Assembly: GCA_963754875.1 (NCBI GenBank)
Contig: CAVWHO010000021.1
Span: 190,284 to 254,283 of the forward strand
From: Nitrospirota bacterium
GTDB taxonomy: Bacteria; Nitrospirota; UBA9217
Direction: 5' to 3'
DNA length: 64,000 nt
Shown here: positions 9,991-19,385 of the stretch, piece by piece
Layout of the letters: each line of letters begins with the position of its first letter
How positions within the stretch are numbered: position 1 is the first letter of the stretch
Position numbers and translations under genes: made by a program
The notes under the pieces: generated by a model
Databases searched by the model: none
What the model saw: only the letters and a program-made list of their open reading frames with translations
What the model was told of the DNA's origin: nothing

Positions 9991-10395
9991 ACGATTTATA
10001 AAAAAAAATAATGCAAGATATGTACGTATTCTGTTATTATATTTTTTTTAAGAAACGAAGGAAAGTCATTCTAAATATTTTACTATTATAGCAAAGAAAG
10101 AAAAATTGGGCTTTGGTATTTTTTGGGTATTCGCATAAAATAATTATAAGGAGCAAGTTTAACATACAAGAGTACGCAATGCATAATTCTGGATTATCTA
10201 TTTCGCTTAGAATGCATGATCGATTAGATGTTCCTTTAATGCCGCCGAATGGACATATTACGGGGATGAACTGCAGGATTCAGGTTCAGACTTTAAGTGT
10301 TTTGGAGAATGGAATCATTGACGACTCCAGGATGTATTCATCGGCAGATAATGTTTAGGCTTCTTTCTGCTTGCCTTTTTGCAGAAAGAAGCGAG

Positions 10396-11892
10396 TTGGA
10401 CTATGCCGCTACGCGCCTCGCTATGGGATTTCAAACGATTCTTCTTTTTAAATGAGGGTAACGACTACAGTATCGGTTGGGGCATACGACCTGTTACGGG
10501 ATATGTTCGAGTAAAGAGCGGTGATTCTGGACGGCGCCGCATGCCCCATTCAGTGGAGGACTATACGGGAATCTGACCTTTTTGACAATAGAAGATCGTT
10601 GCGAAGAACAAGGTCGTTTTCGGGAAGAGATGCAGAGGGCAGTTTTTCGATTCGAGTGATGTTCTCGCTCATGTGCGTGGCGGTCCTTTGCAGCGAGCGG
10701 GCAGTATAATCTCCACGGAGTGCATTCTGCCTTCGCCACATGCAGGGCATTTATTGACGTCGATTCCGGTAAACCGGAGCAAGGCTTCTTGCCACGTTTC
10801 GGTCTTTTGTTCCGACTTGTTCTGATCGGCGCAGGCTCAAAGCTCCCTGCACCGGTCAAGTTTCTTCCTGCGGCACCGGTTGCCCAAAAGGCCGTAATGC
10901 CTGATTTTGACGAACCGGTCAGGAAGGACGTGAAGTAGGAACCCCCGGATGAGCTCATCGGCGTCCACGGTCATGATTTTGCTTTTGTTGTTGTCGGAGT
11001 AATCGCGCCACCGGAAGGAAACCTTGTCGTCCTCCATCTTCACAATTCTGTGGTTGGTGATGCCGGCCTTGGCTTTAGCGTGCTGGAATATCATATGGAT
11101 CGAGGTAAGCGAAATGTGTTTGTCCGGCTCCTGCCCTGGAAACAGCCACTGAGAGGGGTGATACTTTTTCCAGTACTGCCTGAGCGCATCGAGTGCGACA
11201 TTTGACAAGATGGTATAGCGATCGCGGCCTCCCTTGCCTTGCCGGACGTGTATCAGCATACGTTTGCTGTCGATATCGGCAAGGGTGAGATTCGCGGTCT
11301 CGCTTATCCTGAGCCCGGCGGAGTAGGTCAATATCAGGACAGCTTTGTGCTTCAGGTTCTCGGTGACCTCGAAGAGTTTAAGTACCTCTTCAAGGTCAAG
11401 AACGACGGGAAGCTTCTCTTTCTGCTTGGGATAGGGAATCTTTTCGACCACCCAGCCGCGCTTCAGGGTAATCATATATAGGAAGCGTAAGGCACTGTAA
11501 TAGATCCGGAGGGTTGAAAGAGCAATCTTCCGCACTTTCACGGCATGGTGCAAGTACTCCTTAACTTCCTTGGTACCGAGTTGTTCCGGCGGTTTCTTGT
11601 AGAGCTTCACAAAATTACGGACTTCTCGAAGATATGCCTTTTGTGTCGTTCTACTGAGTCCCCGGAGCTCCATGTCTGCCAACATTTGATCGCGCAACTT
11701 TCCCAGGATTGAATCTCCTTCCGTGTGTCGGATTATCCTGCAGCATGACGCCGATGGTGATACGGAAAGAGATTTTACAGGGGAGAGGTATATTGATCAA
11801 GCGTGGGTATTGACGACGAGAATACGCAAGGCGAAGGATTTTTCAGCCGTTGTGCCTTGGGGTGTTGGCCACCGCGTAGCGGTTTAGTCCAA
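10396..11892 (-). mobile_element. Internally deleted tyrosine recombinase + IS91-like (Y2) transposase element
   Basis: Terminal inverted repeats TTGGACTATGCCGCTACGCG (10396) and CGCGTAGCGGTTTAGTCCAA (11873), 18/20 match, enclosing a chimeric ORF. Confidence 0.8.
10669..11697 (-). pseudogene. Fusion of recombinase N-terminal part with IS91-like transposase C-terminus
   Basis: MELRGLS..TQKAY, YSAGLRISE, GKGGRDR, then NHRI..VSFRWRDY..FLLHVLP..FVKIRHYGLL; a CPACGEGRM tail in a shifted frame stops near 10669. Confidence 0.82.
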
Positions 11893-11912
11893 TTCGTGAT
11901 GTAGCGAGCTAA

Positions 11913-12170
11913 CTACGCTTCTGGAATTTCAGGCAATCGGTTAAGTGCCTGAACAAACCGATCATGATTATATGGTTCACGGCGATTGACAACTTCGAAT
12001 ATTTCGACGGCGACGACACTTGCGATTAGAAGTTTTGCGTCTTGTTCCGAATGCCCCTCACTAATCAGGCGCCTGTAGGTTTCTTTTGTCTCTGGTGGGT
12101 TATTATTTGCAAGTTGATTCTCAACTGCTTTTAAAATTGCTTCCCGGAGATTCGGATTGAAGGCTTGCAT
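11913..12170 (-). CDS. Hypothetical helical protein
   Basis: 85-aa ORF with GGAG RBS; VENQL...PPET...YRRL pattern. Confidence 0.65.
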   Translation of the reverse strand: MQAFNPNLREAILKAVENQLANNNPPETKETYRRLISEGHSEQDAKLLIASVVAVEIFEVVNRREPYNHDRFVQALNRLPEIPEA

Positions 12171-12231
12171 TTTGTCTCCGAATAAGAGTATGCAGTATAA
12201 AACTTCATTTACAGACGGCTAGCTAGGATAC

Positions 12232-12519
12232 TTACGCCGTTTTTTTTGCTTTGAGAGTAATAACAAGCTCTGCATCGAGAGCTTGCGCGATCTTTTTTAG
12301 CGTTGACAGGCGGGGCAGTCCATGAGTTAGTCCCTCAATGCGCGCAACAGAAGATTGAGGCATGCCCGTCTTTTTCGCCACATCGAGTTGAGTCATCTTT
12401 TTCCTGAGCCGTTGCTCCATTATACTCCGAGCTAGCTCGTACTCAGGCTGAAGCTTTTCGTACTCCGTCTTGACAGCTTTGTTTTTCAATAGCTCTTTTC
12501 TGTGTTCTTTGTAATTCAT
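12232..12519 (-). CDS. XRE/HigA-type antitoxin
   Basis: HTH MTQLDVAKKTGMPQSSVARIE; directly downstream of a RelE-like toxin gene. Confidence 0.85.
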   Translation of the reverse strand: MNYKEHRKELLKNKAVKTEYEKLQPEYELARSIMEQRLRKKMTQLDVAKKTGMPQSSVARIEGLTHGLPRLSTLKKIAQALDAELVITLKAKKTA

Positions 12520-12565
12520 ATTTATAATCCTTTTCTAGCCAAATAATTCTTCATTCTGGCTTCTG

Positions 12566-13645
12566 CTAGTGTAGTGCGTCCAACGCTTCTTTACTTTTGG
12601 CGACCTTGGACAAAATCTGTTCCACAGGTGCAGTCCATACAAACACCTGCGGATTTTGGTTGTGATTATCGATATAGTTTTTGATAGCATCGATTAATGC
12701 TGGCACGTTCCGAAACGTGCCACGACGTATCCGCTTGTCGGTAATTTCTCGGAACCACCGCTCGACCATGTTCAGCCAAGAGCTCGAGGTCGGGATAAAG
12801 TGCAAATGGAACCGTGGATGCCGCTTGAGCCAGGTTTTTACGCTGGGATGCTTGTGGGTCCCGTAATTGTCTACGATCAAGTGCAGGTCGAGACCGATCG
12901 GGGTCTCTCCATCTATTTTCTTGAGGAAGCGGATAAATTCTTGATGCCGATGGCGCGGCAGGCAGTCGCCGATAATCGTACCGTCGAGCATGCTGAGGGC
13001 TGCAAATAATGTTGTTGTGCCGTTTCGTTTGTAATCGTGCGTCATGGTCCCACAACGGCCCTTTTTCAACGGCAACCCCGGCTGCGTCCGGTCGAGTGCT
13101 TGGATTTGACTCTTCTCGTCGACACAGAGCACGAGGGACTTGTCCGGAGGATTGAGATAGAGCCCAACAACGTCGTACAGTTTCTCGACGAAGTTTTTGT
13201 CGCGGCTGACCTTGAAGGTTTTGATCAAATGAGGCTTTAAGTCGTGTTGCTTCCATATACGGCGTATTGTGGCTTCGCTTAACCCTTGAGCCTTGGCCAT
13301 GCTGCGAGTGCTCCAATGGGTTGCATTGGGTGGAGTGGTATGGAGGGTGGCTTCGATGACTGCTTGAACCTTCTTCACCGGTATTTTGGGGATACGACCA
13401 GGACGGGGTGCATCCTTTTCCAGTCCCTCCAGTCGAAAAGCCAGAAACCGCTGTCGCCAAAGCTGCACGGTTGGCCGGGAGACACCAAGCTCCTGTGCAA
13501 TATCTTGGTTCTGTACTCCATCCACAGCCATTCGGATGATCAGTGCACGTTGTACAAGTCGCAAGGGAAAGCTTTTTCCACGAACCCAGACGTCCAATTT
13601 GGATTGTTCCTCAGGAGACAAAATAATGGGCGCTGCGCTTTTCAT
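12566..13645 (-). CDS. IS630 transposase
   Basis: VDEKSQIQALDR, YKRNGTT, DNYGTHK, SSWLNMVERWF. Confidence 0.95.
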   Translation of the reverse strand: MKSAAPIILSPEEQSKLDVWVRGKSFPLRLVQRALIIRMAVDGVQNQDIAQELGVSRPTVQLWRQRFLAFRLEGLEKDAPRPGRIPKIPVKKVQAVIEATLHTTPPNATHWSTRSMAKAQGLSEATIRRIWKQHDLKPHLIKTFKVSRDKNFVEKLYDVVGLYLNPPDKSLVLCVDEKSQIQALDRTQPGLPLKKGRCGTMTHDYKRNGTTTLFAALSMLDGTIIGDCLPRHRHQEFIRFLKKIDGETPIGLDLHLIVDNYGTHKHPSVKTWLKRHPRFHLHFIPTSSSWLNMVERWFREITDKRIRRGTFRNVPALIDAIKNYIDNHNQNPQVFVWTAPVEQILSKVAKSKEALDALH

Positions 13646-13706
13646 GATGGCTTAGCATACAGAGTTCCATATCATAAGTCAAGTTATTTATGACGCAGTA
13701 CACTAG
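12566..13706 (-). mobile_element. IS630-family element
   Basis: CTAG at both ends; TIRs CTAGTGTAGTGCGTC and CTAGTGTACTGCGTC. Confidence 0.92.
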
Positions 13707-14025
13707 CTCTATCTCTCGCGGAGGCGTTTTGTCGGTCTTTTTTGTGAACCCGTGCAAAAGAACTAATTTCCGACCGGTAAAGGCAAAGTAGAACACTCGA
13801 TGAATGTTTTGCCGGTCCTTAATCCTCATCTCAAAAAGCTTCCGCGATCCGGTTATTGGTTTAACGTATGGTTCTCTAACGTTCAGACCATATTATGTGA
13901 GCAAATCAGCTATAAAAATGAATTTCGCTTTGCTTTCTGCAGAAAGAGAGTCGATAAAATCTCTAGCCGGCGATTTGCCATTTTCGGCCACGTAGTATTC
14001 TATCGACCACTGCATGCACTTAGTA

Positions 14026-14043
14026 TATAGCATTATTGCTATA
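14026..14043. promoter_or_regulatory. Palindromic operator of the TA operon
   Basis: TATAGCA-TTAT-TGCTATA just upstream of the toxin ATG. Confidence 0.65.
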
Positions 14044-14090
14044 ATTTCAATAAAAAAAGTTTACCTTCAACGATTTGGGACAAAGGGCAA

Positions 14091-14121
14091 TAAACTACCC
14101 CGCCGCAAGCGGCGGGGAATT
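14091..14121. repeat. Orphan IS200/IS605-like end hairpin
   Basis: taaactaCCCCGCCGC-aa-GCGGCGGGG resembles the IS200 right end at 6891. Confidence 0.5.
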
Positions 14122-14421
14122 TGATCCAGTGCACCGATTAAACCGCATAATACCCCTTTCAGCATTACTCCCGGAAGTGTTCCATAATGGAATTGGTCAG
14201 TAAACGTGTATGTACATTAATACTGGCTCGCCCCAGAGGCCAGAGTGGATAGTGTCAAAACTTTCATGAAAATGAGAGTAGGCCCTATGAAATGATCGTT
14301 GGGTAAGGTTAGCGACGGGGAGCCGGATCATCTAGCGGCGGATTGACCGGCGGCATGGGACGCAACAAATAATAGAAGTCCATTAACGAAGAATCGTTCT
14401 TTGAGAATACAAGACGGAAGT

Positions 14422-14790
14422 TTAAGCGGTGAGGGAAAGAATCTTCGCCCACTTGCCTTGGAGCGTGGTAATTGTCGCAAGCTCTGGCAATTGAACCGAT
14501 GGCTTGTAGTTTAGAGACATGTGAGGGCGGAGAAAGTTGTAATGGGTCACAAAGAGCGTCGTCAGGACCACGGAGCCGTTGTTACTGTTGAAACCGGCCG
14601 CAGGCCTCACGTGATACTTGTAGGTCCTATTCAAGCGCTCGATGAGCTGTTTAAACGCCCTCCATTCCGTTGACTCGGCATCGAGGTTTTGGAGGCCGAT
14701 GACCTTGTGGTGCTGGATATCGGGATCATCGCCTTCCTGAGCATTCAGAAAATGGATGCCGGCTGGGTAGGAAGGATTGCCGTCGGTCGA
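14422..14790 (-). pseudogene. C-terminal remnant of a DDE transposase (IS6-like)
   Basis: DGNPSY...KQLIERLNRTYK...HYNFLRPH; no N-terminal part. Confidence 0.7.
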
Positions 14791-15082
14791 GGTTTAGCAT
14801 AACGACAGCGCCGGAGATATTCCGTGCGAATAGAGCCGCCCCCGCCTTCTGCGTGACTTCTAAAAAACGCTCTGTCACGTGGTTGCCCCTTTCTCTTTCA
14901 TGTCAACAACGACCCTGAATCCTTTGCTCAATCATAAAAGCATCGTTTATTATGCTTTGAATCATGCTCTAAACGATTCAAGCAATATTCTTCAATCCGA
15001 TCCAATTCTGGTCCCTGTCATGGCCAACCTACAACTATTGATATTTTTGATGAGCGGCAACTTATCGAATACCGGTTGTACA

Positions 15083-15139
15083 TGAGAACGCGGAGTTAAG
15101 GCGGCGCCGAAGGCGTCCGCCTTAAACGAATTGTTATGT
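15083..15139 (-). other. Integron attC site (distal, imperfect R')
   Basis: ACATAAC-AATTCGTTTAAGGCGGACGCC-TTC-GGCGCCGCCTTAACTCCGC-GTT just after the DMT stop codon. Confidence 0.75.
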
Positions 15140-15151
15140 GCCCGGCGCATG

Positions 15152-15601
15152 TTATCCGCGGCGTACGGCCAAAAACACGCCGACCGACATCAGAATGAGA
15201 CCGATAGACCTCTGAAAAGTGATGGCATGCGTTGGAGCACCCAACAGCCCGAATTGATCTATGGCCGCCATGGATATGAGCTGGCCTAGAAGTACAAAAG
15301 CCACAGCATTTCCGACACCGAATTGTGGGGCTACCCAGGTGACGCTGAGGACGTAAAAGGCTACGAACACACCGCCTAAGTAGAAATAGAACGGCAGCGA
15401 TGTTTTCGGGAATGGCCTCAGGCCACCCTCTACAGCGAAAAGGAAAGCAACCGAAATAGACAGCGCGACCAGAAACAAGACAGAGGCGGCGAACGCTGGG
15501 CTTCCGTACTTGGTGCCCAACGTTGCGCTTAGCGCCGCCATAACAGGGATACCAATGCCTGTAGCAAGCATGAGACATGCGAAGAAAAGTTGGTTTGCCA
15601 T
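15152..15601 (-). CDS. DMT-family (YdcZ/DUF606-like) membrane protein, gene cassette
   Basis: Hydrophobic; YLGGVF...GQL...IDQFGLLG; flanked by attC sites. Confidence 0.85.
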   Translation of the reverse strand: MANQLFFACLMLATGIGIPVMAALSATLGTKYGSPAFAASVLFLVALSISVAFLFAVEGGLRPFPKTSLPFYFYLGGVFVAFYVLSVTWVAPQFGVGNAVAFVLLGQLISMAAIDQFGLLGAPTHAITFQRSIGLILMSVGVFLAVRRG

Positions 15602-15629
15602 TAGCTAGGGCCTCTCGGGTTAGAAGGGT

Positions 15630-15687
15630 GCACAACGCTGGAGTTCAGCTGCTAGCGAAGCGAGTCCGCTGCAACGACGGGTTAGGC
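15630..15687 (-). other. Integron attC site
   Basis: GCCTAAC-CCGTCGTTGCAGCGGACTCGCTTCGCTAGCAGCTGAACTCCAGC-GTTGTGC, a 58-bp imperfect palindrome. Confidence 0.85.
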
Positions 15688-15753
15688 GGCACGAATTCGC
15701 ATACCACGTACAACACCGCCAAGTCACCGCTGGCGGCCCTATAGAAGGAATGG

Positions 15754-16301
15754 CTACCTTCTCGGCTCATACCGCATCGCGACCGCCCCCGAGCCGAACT
15801 CCAGCCGGCTCACGAGCTTCAAGTCGATACGTTTCGATAGCCCCGCGAACAACGTCGGCCCATGGCCCGCTAGCCTGGGCTGCACCACGAACTCGTACTC
15901 ATCGATCAATCCCAGCTCAGCCAACGCCATCGGGAGCTTCACGTCTCCCAGGAACAGTCCCTTACCCGATTTCTGCGTGAGCTGCTGAACGGCCTTCCCC
16001 AGATCCCACGCACGAATTCCGCGTTCCAATCGACCCGGTCCAAGGTGCTCGACACGACGTACTTCTTTGCCGCGTCAATCGTCCGGGCGAAGGGTTCCAT
16101 CCAATCGGGCATCTCTCCCGTCCGCGCCGGCGACCGAAACGCTGCCTCCATCATTTCATAAGTCACCCGGCCAAAAAGGAGGGCATCGGCCCGGTTGAGG
16201 TTCTCGACCGCGTGACGATGCAACTCTTCGTCCGCGAATATTTCCCGGTGATCGCAGCACCCGTCCAGTGTGACGTTGATGGAATACCGAAGGGGTCGCA
16301 T
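15754..16301 (-). CDS. DHFR-fold/RibD C-terminal domain protein, gene cassette (frameshift near 16010)
   Basis: INVTLDG, LLFGRVTYEMM, KYVVSSTL, then LIDEYEFVVQPRLAGHGPTLF in a second frame. Confidence 0.85.
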
Positions 16302-16737
16302 TATGTAAGAGTACCTCTAATCATAGGGCAGCCTAATGTTATTATCGGTTCGGAAATACAGTAGCATAGATCGCAAACACGGTCAATGAATTTGGGAAAA
16401 AATCGTCACATCTACATGTATTTATTAGAATATGACCAACTGACTAATATTCAATTTACGGAATAGCTTTCAACAGGTGGCTAATATGCAAATATGGAAT
16501 AGTCTTTTGAGGGAAAGGTCGATCCAACCCGCATCCCAGCGAAGTCAATCCACGGGCTTGGGTATTAAGCGGAGTATCATCTGTCGTTTAATTCTGGATG
16601 TAACTTTGATTATTGAGAGGCTTGTAAACTCCAACAGTTCAGGAAGTTAATCGCACTTCAATTATCAACGAGAACTATTACCTTACTGCTGTGCAGCAAA
16701 ATAAATACGGAGACATGCGAAGGGGCAAGTCGAAATG

Positions 16738-17133
16738 TCATGTTCGTAAGCAACCTTCCTGTTTCAGCCATGCAAGTGCATCTTCTTTGCGCCGAAACAC
16801 TTGCGATTTCCACGTGGACGTGTCCGTGTGAGTCAGCCACATGCGCACCATCCCGAAGATATTGTCAGTGGGTGCAACTATGGCGAGTGTGATCGAGGGA
16901 AGAAGGCGGGCAATCTCATTGTTAAGTGCTGCGTTCCTTGCAATCTCACTGCTGGAAGCAGTAAATTCCGTAACGTCTGTTAGATCAGCCAGGCCATACT
17001 TGGGCGTCAGTCCTTCCTGAACAAGTTTAAGCACAGTTGATGCGCTGGTCATTAAGTCATTTCCACTTACTGTACCACTCCCAATGTGAAGGATACCAGT
17101 ACCATTATTGATAACTTCAGTGGTGTAAGACAT
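16738..17133 (-). CDS. Hypothetical protein (STAS/SpoIIAA-like)
   Basis: 131 aa; AIVA...FGMVRMW...VFR..EDALAWL ending. Confidence 0.65.
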   Translation of the reverse strand: MSYTTEVINNGTGILHIGSGTVSGNDLMTSASTVLKLVQEGLTPKYGLADLTDVTEFTASSSEIARNAALNNEIARLLPSITLAIVAPTDNIFGMVRMWLTHTDTSTWKSQVFRRKEDALAWLKQEGCLRT

Positions 17134-17739
17134 GTAGATTCCCTTGTAGTATTGTTTTATTGCGAGGAGTATAGCTGAATCAGGGTATCAGGTAAAGACA
17201 AAGATTCGATATGTACTGTGCAATTTCGATAAATCGATACTGCTGCGAAGTTCAGGAAGTACTTCGCGAGTTATTATGAATCGAAATAATTGCACTTTTC
17301 AATCTGAATTTAGTATCTAGAGGCAATGATTCTAACTGCAGTATGCTATATCACTTCCCGTGAAGCAAATCCATCAATCGGATTGCTTCGTATGTTTGGT
17401 TTTGCCAAGGTATACTCGAGTCGTTTTGAGATCTTGGTGTCTCAATATCACTTTTGAAACGACGCCGCATTGGACCTCGCAGATCGCATACTCCCTCTAT
17501 GCCATGCATCTCGTTTATGCACCCGTGGAACATCGGTGAATTGAATACGGTCATCGACAATCGTTTAATAAAATACTTTATTTTTGGCCACAAAGAAATA
17601 TATAAGTACTTTTGTTTTTAAACCTGGGAGAAAGGCCTGAGGTGTATGCATTTTGACTGCAATAAGGTACCAAAATGCGGCATTTTGCGGAGCTCTATGG
17701 AAATCATAAACTCGGAAGTTTGTGAAATGCTTGATAAAA

Positions 17740-17814
17740 TGGAGCCGGCGATCCGGGTTGAACGGACGACCTGCTGATTACGAATCAGCTGCTCTACCAC
17801 TGAGCTACGCCGGC
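17740..17814 (-). tRNA. tRNA-Thr(CGT)
   Basis: GCCGGCGTAGCTCAGTGGTAGAGCAGCTGATT-CGT-AATCAGCAGGTCGTCCGTTCAACCCGGATCGCCGGCTCCA folds as a cloverleaf. Confidence 0.95.
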
Positions 17815-17995
17815 GTATCGAAGCAAAGCCATGAAAAAAGAGACGGTTGGTTATACCTTATTCCTGCTTTCGGTGTCAAGAAAATCTTTTCCGTTGAACG
17901 CTTCAATGCGATGAACTGTCCTGTTGCAGGCTTGTCGGTTCGTCGGTATTCCTTCTTGACAACGAGCGGACTTGCCAGCCTGATGAAATGTCTTT

Positions 17996-19375
17996 TTATA
18001 TAATACCGAACCGCTTCATTCTCCGCCGGAACGCGTCCCGCGGCATTTTTAAAAGCTGGGCAGCCTTAGTCTGGTTACCGCCGGCAATATCGAGCGCTTT
18101 GTGTACCAGGGCATTTTCCACATCTTCGATCGACAACCCCGTGTCGGGGATGACAAACCCGTCGAGGGAGACCGGGGTAGTTGACGGCGCCGATGCAGCA
18201 GATCTCGCTTCCAAAATATCTCGGGACAAATGCTCGGGGAGGATCTCGTTGTCGATGTCGAGGATCATCGCCCGTTCTATGACATTCTTCAGTTCTCTCA
18301 CATTCCCGGGCCAGTAGTGAGAAAGGAGAATTTGCTCCGCTTCTTTTGAGATCCCGCGTACGTTTTTATGGCACTCCCGGTTGAAATACTCGATAAAGTG
18401 GTTCGCCAGCAGCAAAATATCCCGGCCCCGTTCCCTGAGGGACGGCAAAAAGATCGGCACTACCTGCAGCCGATAATACAAATCTTTCCGGAATTGTCCT
18501 TCATTCATTGCTTTCACCAATTCCTGGTTCGTTGCCGATACGACCCGTACATCGACCTTGATGTCTTTCACGCCGCCGACGCGCTTAAAAGTCTTTTCCT
18601 CGAGCATGCGGAGCAGTTTGGCCTGCATGCTCATGTGCATGTCGCCGATTTCATCGAGAAAAACGGTGCCGCCGTCGGCGAGCTCGAAGAGGCCTTTTTT
18701 GGAGGCCTTGGCATCTGTAAATGCGCCCTTCTCGTGTCCCATCATTTCGCTTTCGAGGAGCGTCACGGGAAGAGCTGCGCAGTTGATCGCCATGAACGGT
18801 TTTTCCGCCCGGGCGCTGGTGTAGTGCAGGGCTTTTGCTACCAGTTCTTTTCCTGTTCCGCTCTCCCCCTGGATCAGGACGGTCGTAGCATCGCTCTTGG
18901 CGATCTTGCGGATGAGGTTTTTTAATTTCTCCATTTCGTCGCATTCGCCGATGATCGTGTCGACCGTGCCGCTGGATTCCTGGCGGAGCCGTTTCACCTG
19001 CGTCCTCAGCGAACCGGCTTCCAAAGCTTTCTTGATCACAAACGTGATTTCTTCGAGATTAAACGGTTTGCTGATATAATCATAGGCGCCGTGCTTCATG
19101 GCTTTCACCGCGGTCTCGACCATGCCGTAGGCAGTAATCATGATGACCATGAGCCCGCGCTCGGGCACATTGAGTTTTTCGAGAAGCTCCAGCCCGGACA
19201 TTTCCGGAAGACGGTTATCGAGCAGGATGAGGTCAGGCGCATCTTCGGTGATAAGTTCCAGCCCCTTCTCTGCGGATTCCGCGGTCGACACGTCGTAGCC
19301 CTCTTTTACCAGATGCTGTTCCAGCGTCCAGCGGATCAACTTTTCATCGTCAATTACAAGAATTTTCTGTGTCAT
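17996..19375 (-). CDS. Sigma-54-dependent response regulator (NtrC family)
   Basis: REC domain, GESGTGKE, GAFTDA, WPGNVREL, Fis-type HTH. Confidence 0.95.
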   Translation of the reverse strand: MTQKILVIDDEKLIRWTLEQHLVKEGYDVSTAESAEKGLELITEDAPDLILLDNRLPEMSGLELLEKLNVPERGLMVIMITAYGMVETAVKAMKHGAYDYISKPFNLEEITFVIKKALEAGSLRTQVKRLRQESSGTVDTIIGECDEMEKLKNLIRKIAKSDATTVLIQGESGTGKELVAKALHYTSARAEKPFMAINCAALPVTLLESEMMGHEKGAFTDAKASKKGLFELADGGTVFLDEIGDMHMSMQAKLLRMLEEKTFKRVGGVKDIKVDVRVVSATNQELVKAMNEGQFRKDLYYRLQVVPIFLPSLRERGRDILLLANHFIEYFNRECHKNVRGISKEAEQILLSHYWPGNVRELKNVIERAMILDIDNEILPEHLSRDILEARSAASAPSTTPVSLDGFVIPDTGLSIEDVENALVHKALDIAGGNQTKAAQLLKMPRDAFRRRMKRFGII

Positions 19376-19385
19376 GGTGATCCTC

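Larger units (their letters stand above)
12522..14015 (-). pseudogene. RelE/HigB (Gp49-like) toxin, split by IS630 and carrying an internal stop
   Basis: Reconstructed MQWSIEYYVAENGKSPARDFI...LLT*YG...FEMRIK...LLHGFTKKTDKTPPREIEL|AEARMKNYL; TAA at 13893-13895. Confidence 0.85.
6771..17814. mobile_element. Decayed genomic island integrated at tRNA-Thr(CGT)
   Basis: 46-bp direct repeat of the tRNA 3' half (6771-6816 versus 17740-17785); interior is IS elements, remnants, cassettes and AT-rich spacers. Confidence 0.85.

Noticed and set aside
10837..11697. Functional integron integrase for the nearby cassettes
   Set aside because: Truncated before HxxR and the catalytic Tyr and fused to a transposase tail.
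15754..16301. dfr trimethoprim-resistance gene
   Set aside because: Motifs fit the RibD C-terminal-like family, not DfrA/DfrB.
17351..17593. 80-aa ORF beside the tRNA as an integrase remnant
   Set aside because: No recombinase motifs recognisable.
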